A DNA stretch of 64,000 nt from an uncultured Candidatus Binatia bacterium (GCA_965200125.1 OZ241332.1:2187792-2251791); one strand, 5' to 3'; positions 8,465-19,907 are shown, counted from the stretch's first letter. Numbers and translations: made by a program. Notes: generated by a model from the letters alone, not told the origin.

Positions 8465-9651
8465 ACCGGATCGTCTCCGAGAAAACGGGCCACGCTCTGC
8501 AGGTCCTTGTCACCCCGGCCCGACACGTTGACTACGACGATGGCGTCGGTCGGGAGTTGCGGAACCAGGCGGGCGGCGTGCGTAATCGCGTGGGCGCTCT
8601 CCAGCGCGGGGATGATGCCTTCCGTCTCGGCCAACAGTCGCATGCCTTCGACCGCCCGATCGTCCTGGACGGTGACCGACTCGATGCGCCCGCGGTCGTT
8701 CCAATAACTCAGTTCGGGGCCGACGCCGGGATAATCCAGGCCCGGGGCCAACGAGTGCGTATCCGCGATCTGGCCGGCCTCGTCCTGAAGGATGTAGGTC
8801 TTGCTGCCGTGCAGCACGCCGGCCTCGCCGTTGGCTATGGACGCGGCGTTCCGGCCGGCGCCCAGTCCGCCGGCCTCGACCGCCACCATGCGCACCCCGG
8901 CGTCGGGCAGAAACGGCGCGAACAGGCCCAGGGCGTTGCTGCCGCCGCCGACGCAGGCGATCAGGCAGTCGGGCGGGCGGCCGACGTGGCGGAGGATCTG
9001 AGCTTTGACCTCGCGGCCGATCACCGACTGGAAATCGCGCACGAGCATGGGGTACGGGTGCGGACCGGCCACGGTGCCGATGACGTAGAAGGTGTGCGCG
9101 ACGTGCGTGATCCAGTCGCGCAGCGCCTCGTTCATGGCGTCCTTGAGGGTCTGGCTGCCGGTCGTGACCTCGCACAGCGAGGCGCCCAGCAGCCGCATGC
9201 GGAAGACGTTGGGCGCTTGGCGCACGGTGTCTTCCCGGCCCATGAAGACCTCGCACGAGAAGCCGAGCAGCGCGGCGACCGTGGCCGTCGCCACGCCGTG
9301 CTGGCCGGCCCCGGTTTCGGCGATGAGCCGCGTCTTGCCCATGCGCTGCGCCAGCAGGGCTTGGCCGATGGTGTTGTTGATCTTGTGCGCGCCGGTGTGA
9401 CACAGGTCTTCGCGTTTGAGATAGACCTGCGCGCCGCCCAGCCGCTCGGTCAGCCGGGCGGCGAACGTCAGCGGCGTCGGCCGGCCGACGTACTCCCGCT
9501 GCAGGGTGCGGAGTTGCCGTTTGAAATCCGGGTCTTTCCGGCAACGGCGATAGACGTCTTCGAGTTCCAGCAGCGCCGGCATGAGGGTCTCGGCCACGTA
9601 GCGGCCGCCGTACATGCCGAAATGCCCGTGCCGGTCAGGCAGCCTTTGCAT
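8461..9651 (-). CDS. trpB: Tryptophan synthase beta
   Basis: [15 protein letters not shown] and [12 protein letters not shown] motif; 4-nt overlap with trpA. Confidence 0.95.
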   Translation of the reverse strand: MQRLPDRHGHFGMYGGRYVAETLMPALLELEDVYRRCRKDPDFKRQLRTLQREYVGRPTPLTFAARLTERLGGAQVYLKREDLCHTGAHKINNTIGQALLAQRMGKTRLIAETGAGQHGVATATVAALLGFSCEVFMGREDTVRQAPNVFRMRLLGASLCEVTTGSQTLKDAMNEALRDWITHVAHTFYVIGTVAGPHPYPMLVRDFQSVIGREVKAQILRHVGRPPDCLIACVGGGSNALGLFAPFLPDAGVRMVAVEAGGLGAGRNAASIANGEAGVLHGSKTYILQDEAGQIADTHSLAPGLDYPGVGPELSYWNDRGRIESVTVQDDRAVEGMRLLAETEGIIPALESAHAITHAARLVPQLPTDAIVVVNVSGRGDKDLQSVARFLGDDPV

Positions 9652-10279
9652 GGCGGATGAACCTGTCGAGTTTGCCGGCGTCCTTGCGTCCGGGTGTCGA
9701 TTCGACCCCGCTGGCGACGTCGACCGCCCACGGCCGGACGGTCTGCACGGCGTCCGTCACGTTGTCGGGAGTCAGCCCGCCGGCCAGAATCGTGCGATCC
9801 AGGGCGTGTCGCGGGAGGACCGCGGCCCGCTGCCAAGCGAACGTCGCGCCGGTCCCCCCGTATCGGCCCGACTTGTGCGCGTCAAGCAGTACGTAGTCCT
9901 CGGGCGTGGACGCGAACAGGTCGGGCAACGCCGCCCGCGGGCCGACGCGCACCGCGCGGATCGTGGGCACGGACCAGCCGGACAGGGCCGCGGGCGGCTC
10001 GTCGCCGTGGAATTGGATCAGGTCGAGCGGCAAACCCGCGGCGAGGTCGGCGATCCGCTCGCGCGGAGCGTTCACGAACACGCCGACGCAGCGCACGTGC
10101 CCGGGCAGGACGTTGCGAATGGCTTCCGCGGTGACGCGCGCGACGACGCGGGGGCTGTGCGGATAGAAGTTCAGCCCGATCAGGTCGGCGCCCGCGGCCA
10201 CGGCGAGCCGCGCATCGGCCACGGTCGTGACCCCGCAGATTTTGACCTGCACGGCCATGTCGCGTTCAGCCGGACGCAT
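9635..10279 (-). CDS. trpF: Phosphoribosylanthranilate isomerase (true start possibly at 10258, MAVQVKICG)
   Basis: VKICGVTT and LIGLNFY motifs. Confidence 0.85.
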   Translation of the reverse strand: MRPAERDMAVQVKICGVTTVADARLAVAAGADLIGLNFYPHSPRVVARVTAEAIRNVLPGHVRCVGVFVNAPRERIADLAAGLPLDLIQFHGDEPPAALSGWSVPTIRAVRVGPRAALPDLFASTPEDYVLLDAHKSGRYGGTGATFAWQRAAVLPRHALDRTILAGGLTPDNVTDAVQTVRPWAVDVASGVESTPGRKDAGKLDRFIRHAKAA

Positions 10280-11048
10280 CCAGCAGCGACCGCAGCGCGG
10301 CCGCGGGGTCCGCGGCCGCCATGCACGTCTCGCCGATCAGAAACGCCCCGACGCCTTGCGCCTCCAGACGCGCCAACTGCGCCGCGCTCGACAGCCCGCT
10401 TTCCGACACCACGAACACGTCGTTGGGAATGCCCGGAACCAACCGCTCGGTGGTCTCAATCGTGGTGTGGAAGGTACGCAGGTCGCGGTTGTTGATGCCC
10501 AGCAGCGTGGCGCCGGCGGCCAACGCCCGGTCACGCTCCCGCTCGTCGTGCACCTCGATGAGGCAATCCATGCCGAGCGCGTCGGCGATCTGAGCCAAGT
10601 CGACAAGCTGCCGGTCGTCGAGGATCGCGACGATCAGCAGAATGGCACTCGCGCCGAAGGCCCGCGCCTCGTGGACTTGGTACTCGTCGAACAGAAAATC
10701 CTTGCGCAGCAGCGGCACGGGGACGGTGGTGCGGATGCGGCGCAGATACTCCAGGCTGCCCTGAAAGAATTTCTTGTCGGTCAGGACGGACACGGCCGCA
10801 GCGCCCGCGGTGTGATACCCGCTGGCGATGTCGAGCGGGTCGAAGTCGGCACGGATGACGCCCTTGGACGGCGAGGCTTTCTTGACCTCGGCGATGATTC
10901 TGCGTCCGTCCTTCGATCTCAACGCGTCGAGGAAGCCGGGCCGGGCGGCGCGATACAGCGCCCGGTCGGTCAGCGCCGGCAGCGGCACCGCCCGCTTCCG
11001 GGCGGCGAGTTCGTCCCGCTTGTAGGCCACGATGTCGTCGAGAATCAT
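10266..11048 (-). CDS. trpC: Indole-3-glycerol-phosphate synthase, 260 aa. The track ORF 10266..13346 is an over-extension
   Basis: MILDDIVAYKRDE..IIAEVKKASPSKG..LIEVHDE motifs. Confidence 0.9.
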   Translation of the reverse strand: MILDDIVAYKRDELAARKRAVPLPALTDRALYRAARPGFLDALRSKDGRRIIAEVKKASPSKGVIRADFDPLDIASGYHTAGAAAVSVLTDKKFFQGSLEYLRRIRTTVPVPLLRKDFLFDEYQVHEARAFGASAILLIVAILDDRQLVDLAQIADALGMDCLIEVHDERERDRALAAGATLLGINNRDLRTFHTTIETTERLVPGIPNDVFVVSESGLSSAAQLARLEAQGVGAFLIGETCMAAADPAAALRSLLDASG

Positions 11049-12064
11049 ACGTCTTCCATCCGTGAAAGCGGCAGATACCGTTCCAGCGTTTCCCGCGCCG
11101 CGCCGCTGTCGAGCGTGGTCCGGGCCAACGTCATCCCCGCTTCCAGCGAGGCCGCGGCCTCGCCCACGTACAGGGCCGCGCCGGCGTTGAGCACGACGAC
11201 GTCGCGTGGCGGTCCCTCGGCCCCGGCCAGCACCGCGTGAATGACGTCCGCGGATTCCCGAGCGCTCGACACCTGGAGCTCGGACAACGGGCGGCAGGCG
11301 AAGCCGAAGTCGGCAGGGTGCAGCGTGAACGTGCGCACCCCGCCCCGCACCCACTCCGCGGCATGCGTCGGACCGCTCAGGGAGACCTCGTCGAGACCGT
11401 CCGCGCCGTGCACGACCAGCGCGTGTCGGCAGCCCAGCCGGCCGAGCGCCGCGGCCAGCGGCTCGACCCACCGCCGGTCGAACACGCCGATGAGTTGGTG
11501 TGCCGCGCCGGCGGGATTGGTGAGCGGCCCCAGAATGTTGAAGATGGTGCGGATGCCGATCTCCCGCCGCGGGCCGACCGCGTGCTGCATGGCGCGATGA
11601 TAGGCGGGGGCGAGCAGAAAGCCGAACCCGACTTCCCGCATACACGCCTCGACGTGGCGGGGCGAGAGTTCGATACGGGCGCCCAGCGTTTCCAATACGT
11701 CCGCGCCGCCGACCGCGCCGGACATGGCCCGGTTCCCGTGTTTTGCCACGCACAGGCCGGCCGCGGCCACCACGAACGCCGCGCAGGTCGAGATGTTGAA
11801 GGTGTGGCAACCGTCGCCGCCCGTGCCGCAGGTATCGACAACCGGACGCCCGGGCCGCACTCTCGTGACCTTGTCCCGCATGGCCCGGGCCGCCCCGCAG
11901 ATTTCCGCTACGCTCTCGCCCTTGACGTGCAGCGCGGTCAGCAAGGCGCCGATCTGCGCCGGCGTCGCCTGTCCGTCCATGAGTTCGGTGACGACCGCGT
12001 GCATTTCGCCTTCGGTCAGGTCCGCGCCGGTGACGAGGCGCGGAATCGCGTCCTTGACGGTCAT
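11045..12064 (-). CDS. trpD: Anthranilate phosphoribosyltransferase
   Basis: CGTGGDG and HGNRAMSG motifs. Confidence 0.9.
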   Translation of the reverse strand: MTVKDAIPRLVTGADLTEGEMHAVVTELMDGQATPAQIGALLTALHVKGESVAEICGAARAMRDKVTRVRPGRPVVDTCGTGGDGCHTFNISTCAAFVVAAAGLCVAKHGNRAMSGAVGGADVLETLGARIELSPRHVEACMREVGFGFLLAPAYHRAMQHAVGPRREIGIRTIFNILGPLTNPAGAAHQLIGVFDRRWVEPLAAALGRLGCRHALVVHGADGLDEVSLSGPTHAAEWVRGGVRTFTLHPADFGFACRPLSELQVSSARESADVIHAVLAGAEGPPRDVVVLNAGAALYVGEAAASLEAGMTLARTTLDSGAARETLERYLPLSRMEDV

Positions 12065-12079
12065 GGGGAGCCCCGCCTC

Positions 12080-12364
12080 CTACTCTCCGGCCGGCTTCCG
12101 CACGGGAACGGTCCGAGATGGCGGTTCGTCGGGACGAGGAGGCCGGCTCGCGGGCGTCACGGTCCGGTAGGCGTCGTTTCCGGGCGGAGTCTGGGCGACC
12201 GGGAGGCGGATCGCCTGGCTGTGCCGAGCCGTTTTGTGGCTCTGAATTTCCTTGCCGAGGTACACGCCCAACCCGAAGACGAACAGAAACCCGATCAGCA
12301 GGCTTGCGACGACCGCACACGCCTGGAACGACGTGACGCGAAAGGCATACGGTCCGAAAGCCAT
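12080..12364 (-). CDS. Hypothetical small single-pass membrane protein (~94 aa) with a Pro-rich C-terminal tail
   Basis: ORF from the internal ATG (MAFGPYAF..) with RBS AAAGGA. The track start at 12439 lies inside the upstream terminator stem. One predicted TM helix (AVVASLLIGFLFVFGLGVYL). No recognisable family. Confidence 0.35.
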   Translation of the reverse strand: MAFGPYAFRVTSFQACAVVASLLIGFLFVFGLGVYLGKEIQSHKTARHSQAIRLPVAQTPPGNDAYRTVTPASRPPRPDEPPSRTVPVRKPAGE

Positions 12365-12423
12365 CGCGGTCCTTTGCGGCGCTTTTCGCGCCAGCCGGAA
12401 GAGATGGAAGATGCTCGATGGAC

Positions 12424-12448
12424 GAAAAAAGGGGAGCAACGCTCCCCC
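12424..12448 (-). terminator. Rho-independent terminator of the alpha operon (after rplQ)
   Basis: On the minus strand: GGGGAGC-guu-GCUCCCC followed by UUUUUU. Confidence 0.8.
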
Positions 12449-12502
12449 TCCTCACGTTTCCTCGCCGCGGTGGTCCATGCCTCGGCGACCGACTCCGCCT
12501 GC

Positions 12503-12901
12503 CTAGGCACCGTCCGCCTGATCCGGTTCTGCGGGCACCATGTCCGGGCGTTCGGTCCATTCGACGATGGAGACCGGCGCGGCGTCCCCGCGGCGCGGTC
12601 CGAGCTTGAGGACGCGGGTGTAGCCGCCGTTTCGGCCGGCGAACCGCGGGGCCACCTCGTCGAACAGGCGTTGGACCAGTTTTCGGCTGCCGAGATAGGC
12701 GTAGGCCAGACGCCGCGCGTGGACCGAGTCCTTCTTGCCGAGGGTCACCATACGGTCGCCCCAACGCCGCAACTCCTTGGCCTTGGCGTCGGTCGTGCGC
12801 ACCTGCTCGCGCACCAGCAACGCGGTCACCAGGTTGCGCATCAGCGCCTTGCGGTGCGCCGCGGTCCGATTGAGTTTCCGTCCGGCTTTCAGATGTCGCA
12901 T
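12503..12901 (-). CDS. rplQ: 50S ribosomal protein L17
   Basis: [20 protein letters not shown]. Confidence 0.95.
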   Translation of the reverse strand: MRHLKAGRKLNRTAAHRKALMRNLVTALLVREQVRTTDAKAKELRRWGDRMVTLGKKDSVHARRLAYAYLGSRKLVQRLFDEVAPRFAGRNGGYTRVLKLGPRRGDAAPVSIVEWTERPDMVPAEPDQADGA

Positions 12902-12931
12902 CGGCTTCGTGTTCCCGTCGTTGCGGACCGC

Positions 12932-13948
12932 TTACGCCGCGGGAGTCCGCGACACGCGCATGCGGTCGAGATCTTCGCGGGGAGGAAAGGCGTCCAGATG
13001 CATGCCGAGTTCGAGCCCCATTTCGTGCAGGATGTCCTTGATCTCGCTGAGCGACTTGCGCCCGAAGTTCTTCGTCTTCAGCAGCTCGGGCTCGGTCTTG
13101 ACGACCAGTTCGCCCACGTAACGCAAGTCCGCGCTTTGCAGACAGTTGGCCGAACGGACGGACAGCGCCAACTCCTCGATAGGCCGGAAGAGGTTCTCGT
13201 TCGCCGCGGGCTGGTCGTCCAGCCCCTGCCGGTCCTCCTGCCCTTCGGCGAATTCGGCCGATCCCGAGAAAATCGCAAGCTGGTCCTGGGCGATCTTGGC
13301 AGCCGCGGCGACCGCGTCCCCCGGCTCGATACTGCCGTCGGTCCACACTTCGAGCGCCAGCCGTTCGTAGTCGGTCCGCTGGCCGACTCGGGCATTGCTG
13401 ACCGTGACGTTGACCTTGCGCACGGGCGAGAACACGGCGTCGAGCGGAATGGTACCGACCGGGTCGTCCTCGGACTTGTGATGCTCCGCAGTGACGTAGC
13501 CGCGGCCTTGGCCGATTTCGACCTCGATGTCCAGGGTGGCACCCTTCCCCAGCTTGGCGATGTGGGTATCCGGGGTGAGAACGTCCACCTGCGGACCAAT
13601 CTTCAGGTCGCCGGCAGTCACGTTCCTGGCGCCCTTGACCGTCAGGTGGGCAGTTTCCGCTTCGCAGTCGCGCAGCCGGAACCGGATTTCCTTCAGGTTG
13701 AGCAGCAGGTCGGTCACGTCCTCGGTCACGCCCGGCAGGGTCGAGAACTCGTGCACCACGTCCTGGATGCGCACCTTGGTGATCGCGGCGCCGGACAGCG
13801 ACGACAGCAGAATGCGTCGCAGGGCGTTGCCGAGCGTCGTGGCGAACCCACGCTCGAACGGCTCGCCGACGAACCGCCCGTAGGTTGAGGTCAACGTTTT
13901 TTCCTCGACGTCGAGCGCCGCGGGTTTGATGAGATCGCTCTCTTGCAT
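12932..13948 (-). CDS. rpoA: RNA polymerase alpha subunit
   Basis: [19 protein letters not shown]. Confidence 0.95.
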   Translation of the reverse strand: MQESDLIKPAALDVEEKTLTSTYGRFVGEPFERGFATTLGNALRRILLSSLSGAAITKVRIQDVVHEFSTLPGVTEDVTDLLLNLKEIRFRLRDCEAETAHLTVKGARNVTAGDLKIGPQVDVLTPDTHIAKLGKGATLDIEVEIGQGRGYVTAEHHKSEDDPVGTIPLDAVFSPVRKVNVTVSNARVGQRTDYERLALEVWTDGSIEPGDAVAAAAKIAQDQLAIFSGSAEFAEGQEDRQGLDDQPAANENLFRPIEELALSVRSANCLQSADLRYVGELVVKTEPELLKTKNFGRKSLSEIKDILHEMGLELGMHLDAFPPREDLDRMRVSRTPAA

Positions 13949-14014
13949 GTCGTCTCTCTCAGGTCCCCTGTCCTGTTCGCTCCCAATCTCCGACTCGTCT
14001 CCGAACGCCGCAGC

Positions 14015-14647
14015 CTATACCTTCGAGTACAACTCGACGATCAGTTGTTCGTTGATCGGCTGCGTGATCTCCTGGCGCGTGGGCAAGGCGCGCACTTTGC
14101 CGGTGAACGTGTCCGTCTGGACCTCCAGCCACTCGGGGACGCCGCGGCGCTGGGCGAGTTCGACCGACTCCTGGATGCGCGCGATCTTGCGGCTCGCCTC
14201 GCGTACCTGCACCTCGTCTCCGGCCTTGACCGTGTAGGACGGCACGTTCACCCGCCGACCGTTGACGGAGAAGTGGCCGTGGCGGATCAACTGCCGCGCC
14301 TCGGCGCGCGACGTCGCGAACCCCATCCGATAGACCATGTTGTCGAGCCGGCTCTCCAGGAGGATCAGCAGGTTTTCGCCGGTGATGCCGCGATGCCGTT
14401 CCGCGCGGGAGAACAGCCGGCGGAACGGCCCCTCCAGCGCGCCGTACATGCGTTTCAGCTTCTGCTTCTCGCGCAATTGTCCGCTGTACTCGCTCGGTTT
14501 CCGACCCCGTCCCTGGCCGTGCTGTCCCGGCGGATAGGCACGCCGTTCGATGGCGCATTTGTCCGTGTAGCAACGCTCGCCCTTGAGGAAGAGTTTGAGC
14601 CCTTCCCGACGGCACAACCGGCAGACCGGGCCTCTGTATCGAGCCAC
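14015..14647 (-). CDS. rpsD: 30S ribosomal protein S4
   Basis: [16 protein letters not shown]. Confidence 0.95.
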   Translation of the reverse strand: MARYRGPVCRLCRREGLKLFLKGERCYTDKCAIERRAYPPGQHGQGRGRKPSEYSGQLREKQKLKRMYGALEGPFRRLFSRAERHRGITGENLLILLESRLDNMVYRMGFATSRAEARQLIRHGHFSVNGRRVNVPSYTVKAGDEVQVREASRKIARIQESVELAQRRGVPEWLEVQTDTFTGKVRALPTRQEITQPINEQLIVELYSKV

Positions 14648-14677
14648 GCAAGCCTCCTGCTTCTCGTCGACGTCCGC

Positions 14678-15076
14678 TCACACCCGGCGACGCTTGGGCG
14701 GGCGGCAGCCGTTGTGGGGAATCGGCGTCACGTCGCGGATGACGCTGACCGCGAACCCGGCCGACTGCAACGCCCGCAGCGCCGACTCCCGGCCGGCGCC
14801 CGGCCCCTTGACGTGCACACGCACCGCGCGCATGCCCGCGTCCGCGGCTTTGCGCGCCGCGCTCTCGGCCGCCATCTGAGCGGCGAACGGGGTGCCCTTG
14901 CGCGAGCCCTTGAACCCGACGCTCCCGGCACTCGCCCAGGCCACCGCGTTGCCCTGCGGGTCGGCAATCGTCACGATCGTGTTGTTGAACGTCGAATGAA
15001 TGTTCACGACGCCTTCGGGAACGTGCTTCCGAATTTTGCGCTTGCGCGCGGTCGTGCGCTCCGCCGCTTTCGCCAT
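14678..15076 (-). CDS. rpsK: 30S ribosomal protein S11
   Basis: [18 protein letters not shown]-like. Confidence 0.95.
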   Translation of the reverse strand: MAKAAERTTARKRKIRKHVPEGVVNIHSTFNNTIVTIADPQGNAVAWASAGSVGFKGSRKGTPFAAQMAAESAARKAADAGMRAVRVHVKGPGAGRESALRALQSAGFAVSVIRDVTPIPHNGCRPPKRRRV

Positions 15077-15096
15077 GCCGTGTGCCTCGTTTCCGC

Positions 15097-15480
15097 TTAT
15101 TTCGGCGTGGGCGCGGATTTCTTTCCAGCCACCGTCCGCCTGGGACCCTTGCGGGTCCGGGTGTTGTTCTTCGTCCGCTGGCCGCGCACCGGCAGGTTCC
15201 GGCGGTGGCGCAGGCCGCGGTAGGCGCCGATGTCGATGTAGTGCTTGATGTAGGTAGTGACCTCCCGCCGCAGGTCGCCCTCGACGCGGTAGCCACGGTC
15301 GATCACGCTGCGGATCGTGGCGATCTCGTCGTCGCCCAAGGTGTCGGCGTTCGTCGCCGGATCGACGCCGGCTTCGTCCAGAATCTTCGCCGCGGTCACG
15401 CGCCCAATGCCGTAGATATACGTCAGGCCGATGCCGATGCTCTTGTTTCGGGGCAACTCGATCCCTGCGATACGTGCCAT
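15097..15480 (-). CDS. rpsM: 30S ribosomal protein S13
   Basis: [13 protein letters not shown]. Confidence 0.95.
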   Translation of the reverse strand: MARIAGIELPRNKSIGIGLTYIYGIGRVTAAKILDEAGVDPATNADTLGDDEIATIRSVIDRGYRVEGDLRREVTTYIKHYIDIGAYRGLRHRRNLPVRGQRTKNNTRTRKGPRRTVAGKKSAPTPK

Positions 15481-15507
15481 ATCACTCTCCGCGTGCCGGG
15501 TTCCGGC

Positions 15508-15621
15508 CTAGCCCTGGCGCTGCTTGTGCCGCGGGTTCTCGCAAATGACGCGGACGATGCCGCGACGTTTGACGATCTTGCACTTGCGGCACATCGGTTT
15601 GACGGATGCGCGGACTTTCAT
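15508..15621 (-). CDS. rpmJ: 50S ribosomal protein L36 (37 aa); not in the ORF track
   Basis: Manual translation [37 protein letters not shown]. Confidence 0.9.
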   Translation of the reverse strand: MKVRASVKPMCRKCKIVKRRGIVRVICENPRHKQRQG

Positions 15622-15646
15622 GGCTCTCTCACTCCTGAAAACGCGC

Positions 15647-16414
15647 CTAGAGTTGACTGAGGACGAACGGCCCGTCGGCCGTGACCGCGACCGAGTGCTC
15701 GAAATGCGCCGACAGGCTGCCGTCCTTGGTCACCGCGGTCCAGCCGTCGTCCAGCATTTTGACGCCCGCGGCGCCCATGTTCACCATCGGCTCGATTGCG
15801 ATGACCATCCCGTCGCGCAGCCGGACGCCCCGGTTGGGCACACCGTAATTGGGTACCGGCGGATCCTCGTGCAGCTTGCGGCCCACGCCGTGGCCGACGA
15901 ATTCCCGCACCACCGAATAGCCGTCCCGCTCGACGCGTTGCTGAACCGCGGCCGAAACGTCGCCGAGTCGGTTGCCGACGCGGGCTTGGGCGATGCCGGC
16001 TTGCAGCGAGGCGGCCGTGGTGTCGAGCAGCCGTCGGACACGGTCGTCGATGTCCCCCACGCCGAAAGACACCGCGGCGTCTCCGTAGAATCCGTCGTAC
16101 ACGACCCCGAAGTCCAGGCTGACGACGTCCCCGTCCTCGATGACGCGCTGTCGGGACGGGATGCCGTGGACGATCTCGTGATTCAGGGAGATGCAGACGT
16201 GCGCCGGAAACGGCACCGAACCGTTGCGGATCGTATAGCCCTTGAAGGCGGTCTTGGCCTTGTGTTGCGCGATCATCTCGCCGGCCAGCCGGTCGAGTTC
16301 CCCGGTGGTCACGCCGGGCCGGACGCGGCCGCGGAGTTCCGCCAGAATCTCCGCCACAATGCGGTTCGCGGTGCGCATCGTTTCGATTTCCGCTTTGGTC
16401 TTCAGAAAAATCAT
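15647..16414 (-). CDS. map: Methionine aminopeptidase
   Basis: Metal-binding residue pattern of the MetAP type I family. Confidence 0.9.
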   Translation of the reverse strand: MIFLKTKAEIETMRTANRIVAEILAELRGRVRPGVTTGELDRLAGEMIAQHKAKTAFKGYTIRNGSVPFPAHVCISLNHEIVHGIPSRQRVIEDGDVVSLDFGVVYDGFYGDAAVSFGVGDIDDRVRRLLDTTAASLQAGIAQARVGNRLGDVSAAVQQRVERDGYSVVREFVGHGVGRKLHEDPPVPNYGVPNRGVRLRDGMVIAIEPMVNMGAAGVKMLDDGWTAVTKDGSLSAHFEHSVAVTADGPFVLSQL

Positions 16415-16459
16415 CGCCCCGGGGCCGTATGGACGCCTTCGGTCCGTGACCCGCCTCGT

Positions 16460-17770
16460 TTACCCGCGCCGGCCGCGGATACGCCCGCGTTTCATGAAGC
16501 CTTCGTAGTTCCGCATGATGAGTTGGGTTTCGATCTGGGCGACGGTGTCCAGGGCCACGCCGACGACGATCAGCAGCGCGGTGCCGCCGAAGAAGAACGG
16601 CACGTTGAACGAGCCGACGAGCAGATTCGGCAGCACGCAGATGACCGACACGTAGATCGCGCCGGTGAGCGTGATGCGGCTCAGGACGCGGTCGATGTAG
16701 TCGGCGGTGCGCTGCCCGGGGCGGATGCCCGGAATGAACCCGCCGTTCTTCTTCATGTTGTCGGCAACGTCGGTCGGATTGAAGACGACCGCGGTGTAGA
16801 AATAGCAGAAGAAGATGATCATCGCGACGTAGCTGAGATTGTACACCGAGCTGCCGGGCGCCAGCAGGTTGGCCGCGGTCTGCGCCCACGGGTGGTCGGC
16901 GAACCCGGCCAGCGTCGCGGGAAAGATCAGGACCGACGACGCGAAGATCGGTGGGATCACGCCCGCGGTGTTGACCTTCAGCGGCAGGTGCGACGTCTGC
17001 CCGCCGTACACGCGCCGGCCCACGACCCGTTTCGCGTACTGGACCGGAATCCGGCGCTGGCCGCGCTCCATGAAGATCACCGCGGCCACGATCGCGACCA
17101 TGCCGGCCAGCAGCGCCAGCAGCAGCAGGATGCTCAACTCGCCTTCGCGGACGAATTCGGTCGTGGCCGTGACCGCGGACGGGATGCTGGCCACGATCCC
17201 CGCGAAGATGATGAGCGAGATGCCGTTGCCGACTCCCCGTTCGGTGACCTGCTCGCCCAGCCACATGATGAACGCGGTGCCGGCCGCCAGCGTGAGCATG
17301 GTCATCAGGCGGAAGCCCCAGCCCGGGTCGAACACGACGGAACTGCCGCCCGGCGCCTGGATCTGTTCGAGGCCGATACTGATGAACATGCCTTGCAGCA
17401 GGGCCAAGCCGACCGTGCTGTAGCGGGTATATTGCGTGATCTTCCGCCGCCCCTGCTCCCCCTCTTTGGACAGACGCTCCAGGGTCGGCACTACGACGGT
17501 CAACAGTTGGAAGATGATCGACGCGCTGATGTACGGCATGATGCCCAGCGCGAGTATCGAGAAGCGTTCCAGCGCGCCACCCGAAAAGAGGTTGACCAGA
17601 CCGAAGACGGTGCTGGCGGCCTGCTCGAAGAACGCGTTCAGCGCCTCGCCGTCGATGCCGGGCGTGGGAATGGCGACCCCCAGCCGATAGACGCCCAGCA
17701 TGGCGAACGTGAACAGCAGCCGCCGGCGCAGGTCCGCGACCTTGGTCGCGTTTTGGAAGCCTTCGAACAT
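16460..17770 (-). CDS. secY: Preprotein translocase SecY
   Basis: 10-TM profile; GIMPYISASIIFQLL. Confidence 0.95.
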   Translation of the reverse strand: MFEGFQNATKVADLRRRLLFTFAMLGVYRLGVAIPTPGIDGEALNAFFEQAASTVFGLVNLFSGGALERFSILALGIMPYISASIIFQLLTVVVPTLERLSKEGEQGRRKITQYTRYSTVGLALLQGMFISIGLEQIQAPGGSSVVFDPGWGFRLMTMLTLAAGTAFIMWLGEQVTERGVGNGISLIIFAGIVASIPSAVTATTEFVREGELSILLLLALLAGMVAIVAAVIFMERGQRRIPVQYAKRVVGRRVYGGQTSHLPLKVNTAGVIPPIFASSVLIFPATLAGFADHPWAQTAANLLAPGSSVYNLSYVAMIIFFCYFYTAVVFNPTDVADNMKKNGGFIPGIRPGQRTADYIDRVLSRITLTGAIYVSVICVLPNLLVGSFNVPFFFGGTALLIVVGVALDTVAQIETQLIMRNYEGFMKRGRIRGRRG

Positions 17771-17772
17771 GG

Positions 17773-18213
17773 TTATCCGGTCTCGGCCGTCCCGCCGCGT
17801 GCCACGATGATCTCCCGCGCCTTGGCGCTGAATGCGGCGGCGCGTACGGTCAGCGCCTTGCTGAGCTCGCCCTTGGCCAGGATTTTCACCGGCTGCTTCC
17901 GGCCCCGCACGAGCCCGCGTTCCCGTAAGGCGTCGACGTCCACGGTCGCGCCCGCGTCGAAGCGTTCCAGGCTGCCCAGGTTGACGATCTCGTATTCTTT
18001 CCGGAAGGGGTTGTGGAACCCCCGTTTGGGAAGCCGGCGGGACAGCGGCATCTGTCCGCCTTCGTAGCCGGGCGGGACGCTGCCGCCCGACCGCGCGCCG
18101 GCGCCCTTCTGCCCGCGACCCGACGTCTTGCCGAGCCCGGAGCCCGGCCCCCGCCCGACGCGCTTGCGCTTCTTCCTCGCCCCGGGGGCCGGCTTCAGAT
18201 GACTAAGATCCAT
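17773..18213 (-). CDS. rplO: 50S ribosomal protein L15
   Basis: Gly/Arg-rich N-terminus [18 protein letters not shown]. Confidence 0.9.
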   Translation of the reverse strand: MDLSHLKPAPGARKKRKRVGRGPGSGLGKTSGRGQKGAGARSGGSVPPGYEGGQMPLSRRLPKRGFHNPFRKEYEIVNLGSLERFDAGATVDVDALRERGLVRGRKQPVKILAKGELSKALTVRAAAFSAKAREIIVARGGTAETG

Positions 18214-18403
18214 GCTCGCGTACCTCGATCAGATGCGCCACGCGCAGCAGCATGCCTTGCAGCGACGGCGAATCGTTGCGGCAGACGGTCTTGCCGCGGC
18301 GGGTCAGGCCGAGCCCGCGCAGGGTTTCGCGCTGGCGCCGCGTACAGCCGATGCCGCTCCGCTTCAGGGTGACGGCCAGGACTTTCGGTGCTCCGCCGGC
18401 CAT
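18203..18403 (-). CDS. rpmD: 50S ribosomal protein L30
   Basis: Position in the spc operon and size. Confidence 0.8.
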   Translation of the reverse strand: MAGGAPKVLAVTLKRSGIGCTRRQRETLRGLGLTRRGKTVCRNDSPSLQGMLLRVAHLIEVREHGS

Positions 18404-18406
18404 CTC

Positions 18407-18919
18407 CTAGCCTTTCATCTCGGCGAGGTCCTTGCCCCGCCGCTCGGACACCCGGTCCGGGCTGTCCAGACTCTCCAGCGCGGCGAGCGTAGCCTTGACG
18501 GAGTTGTGCGGGTTCGTCGAGCCCAGACATTTCGTGAGCGCGTTCCGCACCCCGGCCAGTTCCATGACGATGCGTACCCCGGCGCCGGCGATCAGCCCGG
18601 TGCCGGGCGCCGCCGGCTTGAGCAGCACCTTGCCGGCGCCGTGCCGCCCGACGACCGTGTAAGGCAGCGTGTCCTCGACCAGCGGCACGCGGATCAGCGA
18701 CTTCTTGGCGTGCTCGACGCCCTTGCGGATGGCTTCGGGCACCTCGTGCGCCTTGCCCAGGCCGTAGCCGACGTGGCCGGCCCCGTCCCCCGCCACGACG
18801 ACGGCGCTGAAACTGAAGCGGCGGCCGCCCTTGACCACCTTGCTGACCCGGTTGATATGGACGACCTTCTCCTGGATGTCGAGCGCGTCGGGGTTGATCG
18901 CCCCATCGTCGGCTGCCAC
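18407..18919 (-). CDS. rpsE: 30S ribosomal protein S5 (GTG start, RBS AAGGAG). The track ORF over-extends to 19315
   Basis: [19 protein letters not shown]. Confidence 0.9.
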   Translation of the reverse strand: MAADDGAINPDALDIQEKVVHINRVSKVVKGGRRFSFSAVVVAGDGAGHVGYGLGKAHEVPEAIRKGVEHAKKSLIRVPLVEDTLPYTVVGRHGAGKVLLKPAAPGTGLIAGAGVRIVMELAGVRNALTKCLGSTNPHNSVKATLAALESLDSPDRVSERRGKDLAEMKG

Positions 18920-18936
18920 AAGTCTGCTCCTTGTTC

Positions 18937-19317
18937 TCAGAATTTCAGGCCGGCCTCGCGCGCGGCCTCGGCCACCGCCCGAACCCGGCCATGAAAAAGA
19001 AACCCGTTCCGGTCGAACACGACCGTCGAAACGCCCTGCTCCCGGCATTTTTCGGCGACCAGCCGTCCGACGTGCTGCGCCGCGGCCACCGTCGCCGTCT
19101 TTCGTCCGAGGCTGTCCTTGAGCGCGGCCGACAGGGTCGACACCGCGGCCAGCGAACGGCCGCTCTCGTCGGAGACGACCTGCGCGTACACGTGTTTGTT
19201 GCTGCGATATACGCTCAACCGCGGGCGCGCTTCGGTGCCGGTCACCTTCCGGCGTACCCGTTTGCGGCGCAGCCCGCGGCTCCGGTGTCGGACATTCGTC
19301 TCTGCCATATCGCACAC
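18937..19317 (-). CDS. rplR: 50S ribosomal protein L18
   Basis: [15 protein letters not shown]. Confidence 0.9.
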   Translation of the reverse strand: MCDMAETNVRHRSRGLRRKRVRRKVTGTEARPRLSVYRSNKHVYAQVVSDESGRSLAAVSTLSAALKDSLGRKTATVAAAQHVGRLVAEKCREQGVSTVVFDRNGFLFHGRVRAVAEAAREAGLKF

Positions 19318-19332
19318 GTCCTTACCGCGGCG

Positions 19333-19884
19333 CTATCCGGCACTCGCGCCGGCCGCGGTCTTCCCGGCCTTCCGGCGCACCTGTTCGCCGGCGTAGCGCA
19401 CCCCTTTGCCCTTGTAGGGCTCGGGCGGCCGCAGCCGGCGGATCGACGCCGCGACTTCTCCAACCAGTTGTTTGTCGATGCCTTCGATCGTGATGTGGGT
19501 CTGGCGCTCGACCTCCGCGGTGACGCCGTCGGGGAGTTGATAGAAGATCGGGTGCGAAAAGCCCAGGTTGAGCCGCACGACGTTCCCCGCACCCTCGGCA
19601 CGGTAGCCGACCCCGTTGATTTCCAGCACCTTGGCGAACCCGACCGAAACGCCCTGGACCGCGTTGGCGACGAGCGCGCGGACCAGCCCCTGGACCGCCT
19701 TGGAACGGCGTGTGTCGTCCGGACACGTGATCGTCACGCCGTCCGCGCCGACGTCGACCGTGACCGCCGCGTCCAGCGGCACCTGCAAGCTGCCCTTCGC
19801 GCCCGTGACGTCGAGCCGGCCCGCGGCCTGCGTGATGGTCACGTTCTCCGGAATCGGAACGGGCTTGTGCCCCATGCCAGACAT
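19333..19884 (-). CDS. rplF: 50S ribosomal protein L6
   Basis: Spc-operon position; KPVPIPENVTIT. Confidence 0.9.
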   Translation of the reverse strand: MSGMGHKPVPIPENVTITQAAGRLDVTGAKGSLQVPLDAAVTVDVGADGVTITCPDDTRRSKAVQGLVRALVANAVQGVSVGFAKVLEINGVGYRAEGAGNVVRLNLGFSHPIFYQLPDGVTAEVERQTHITIEGIDKQLVGEVAASIRRLRPPEPYKGKGVRYAGEQVRRKAGKTAAGASAG

Positions 19885-19907
19885 GCGTCACCGCTCGCTA
19901 TTCTCGC

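Noticed and set aside
3381-8707. Long plus-strand ORFs of 861 aa and 1103 aa
   Set aside because: They are antisense to lptD, folC, accD and trpA and have no recognisable domains. They are high-GC artefacts.
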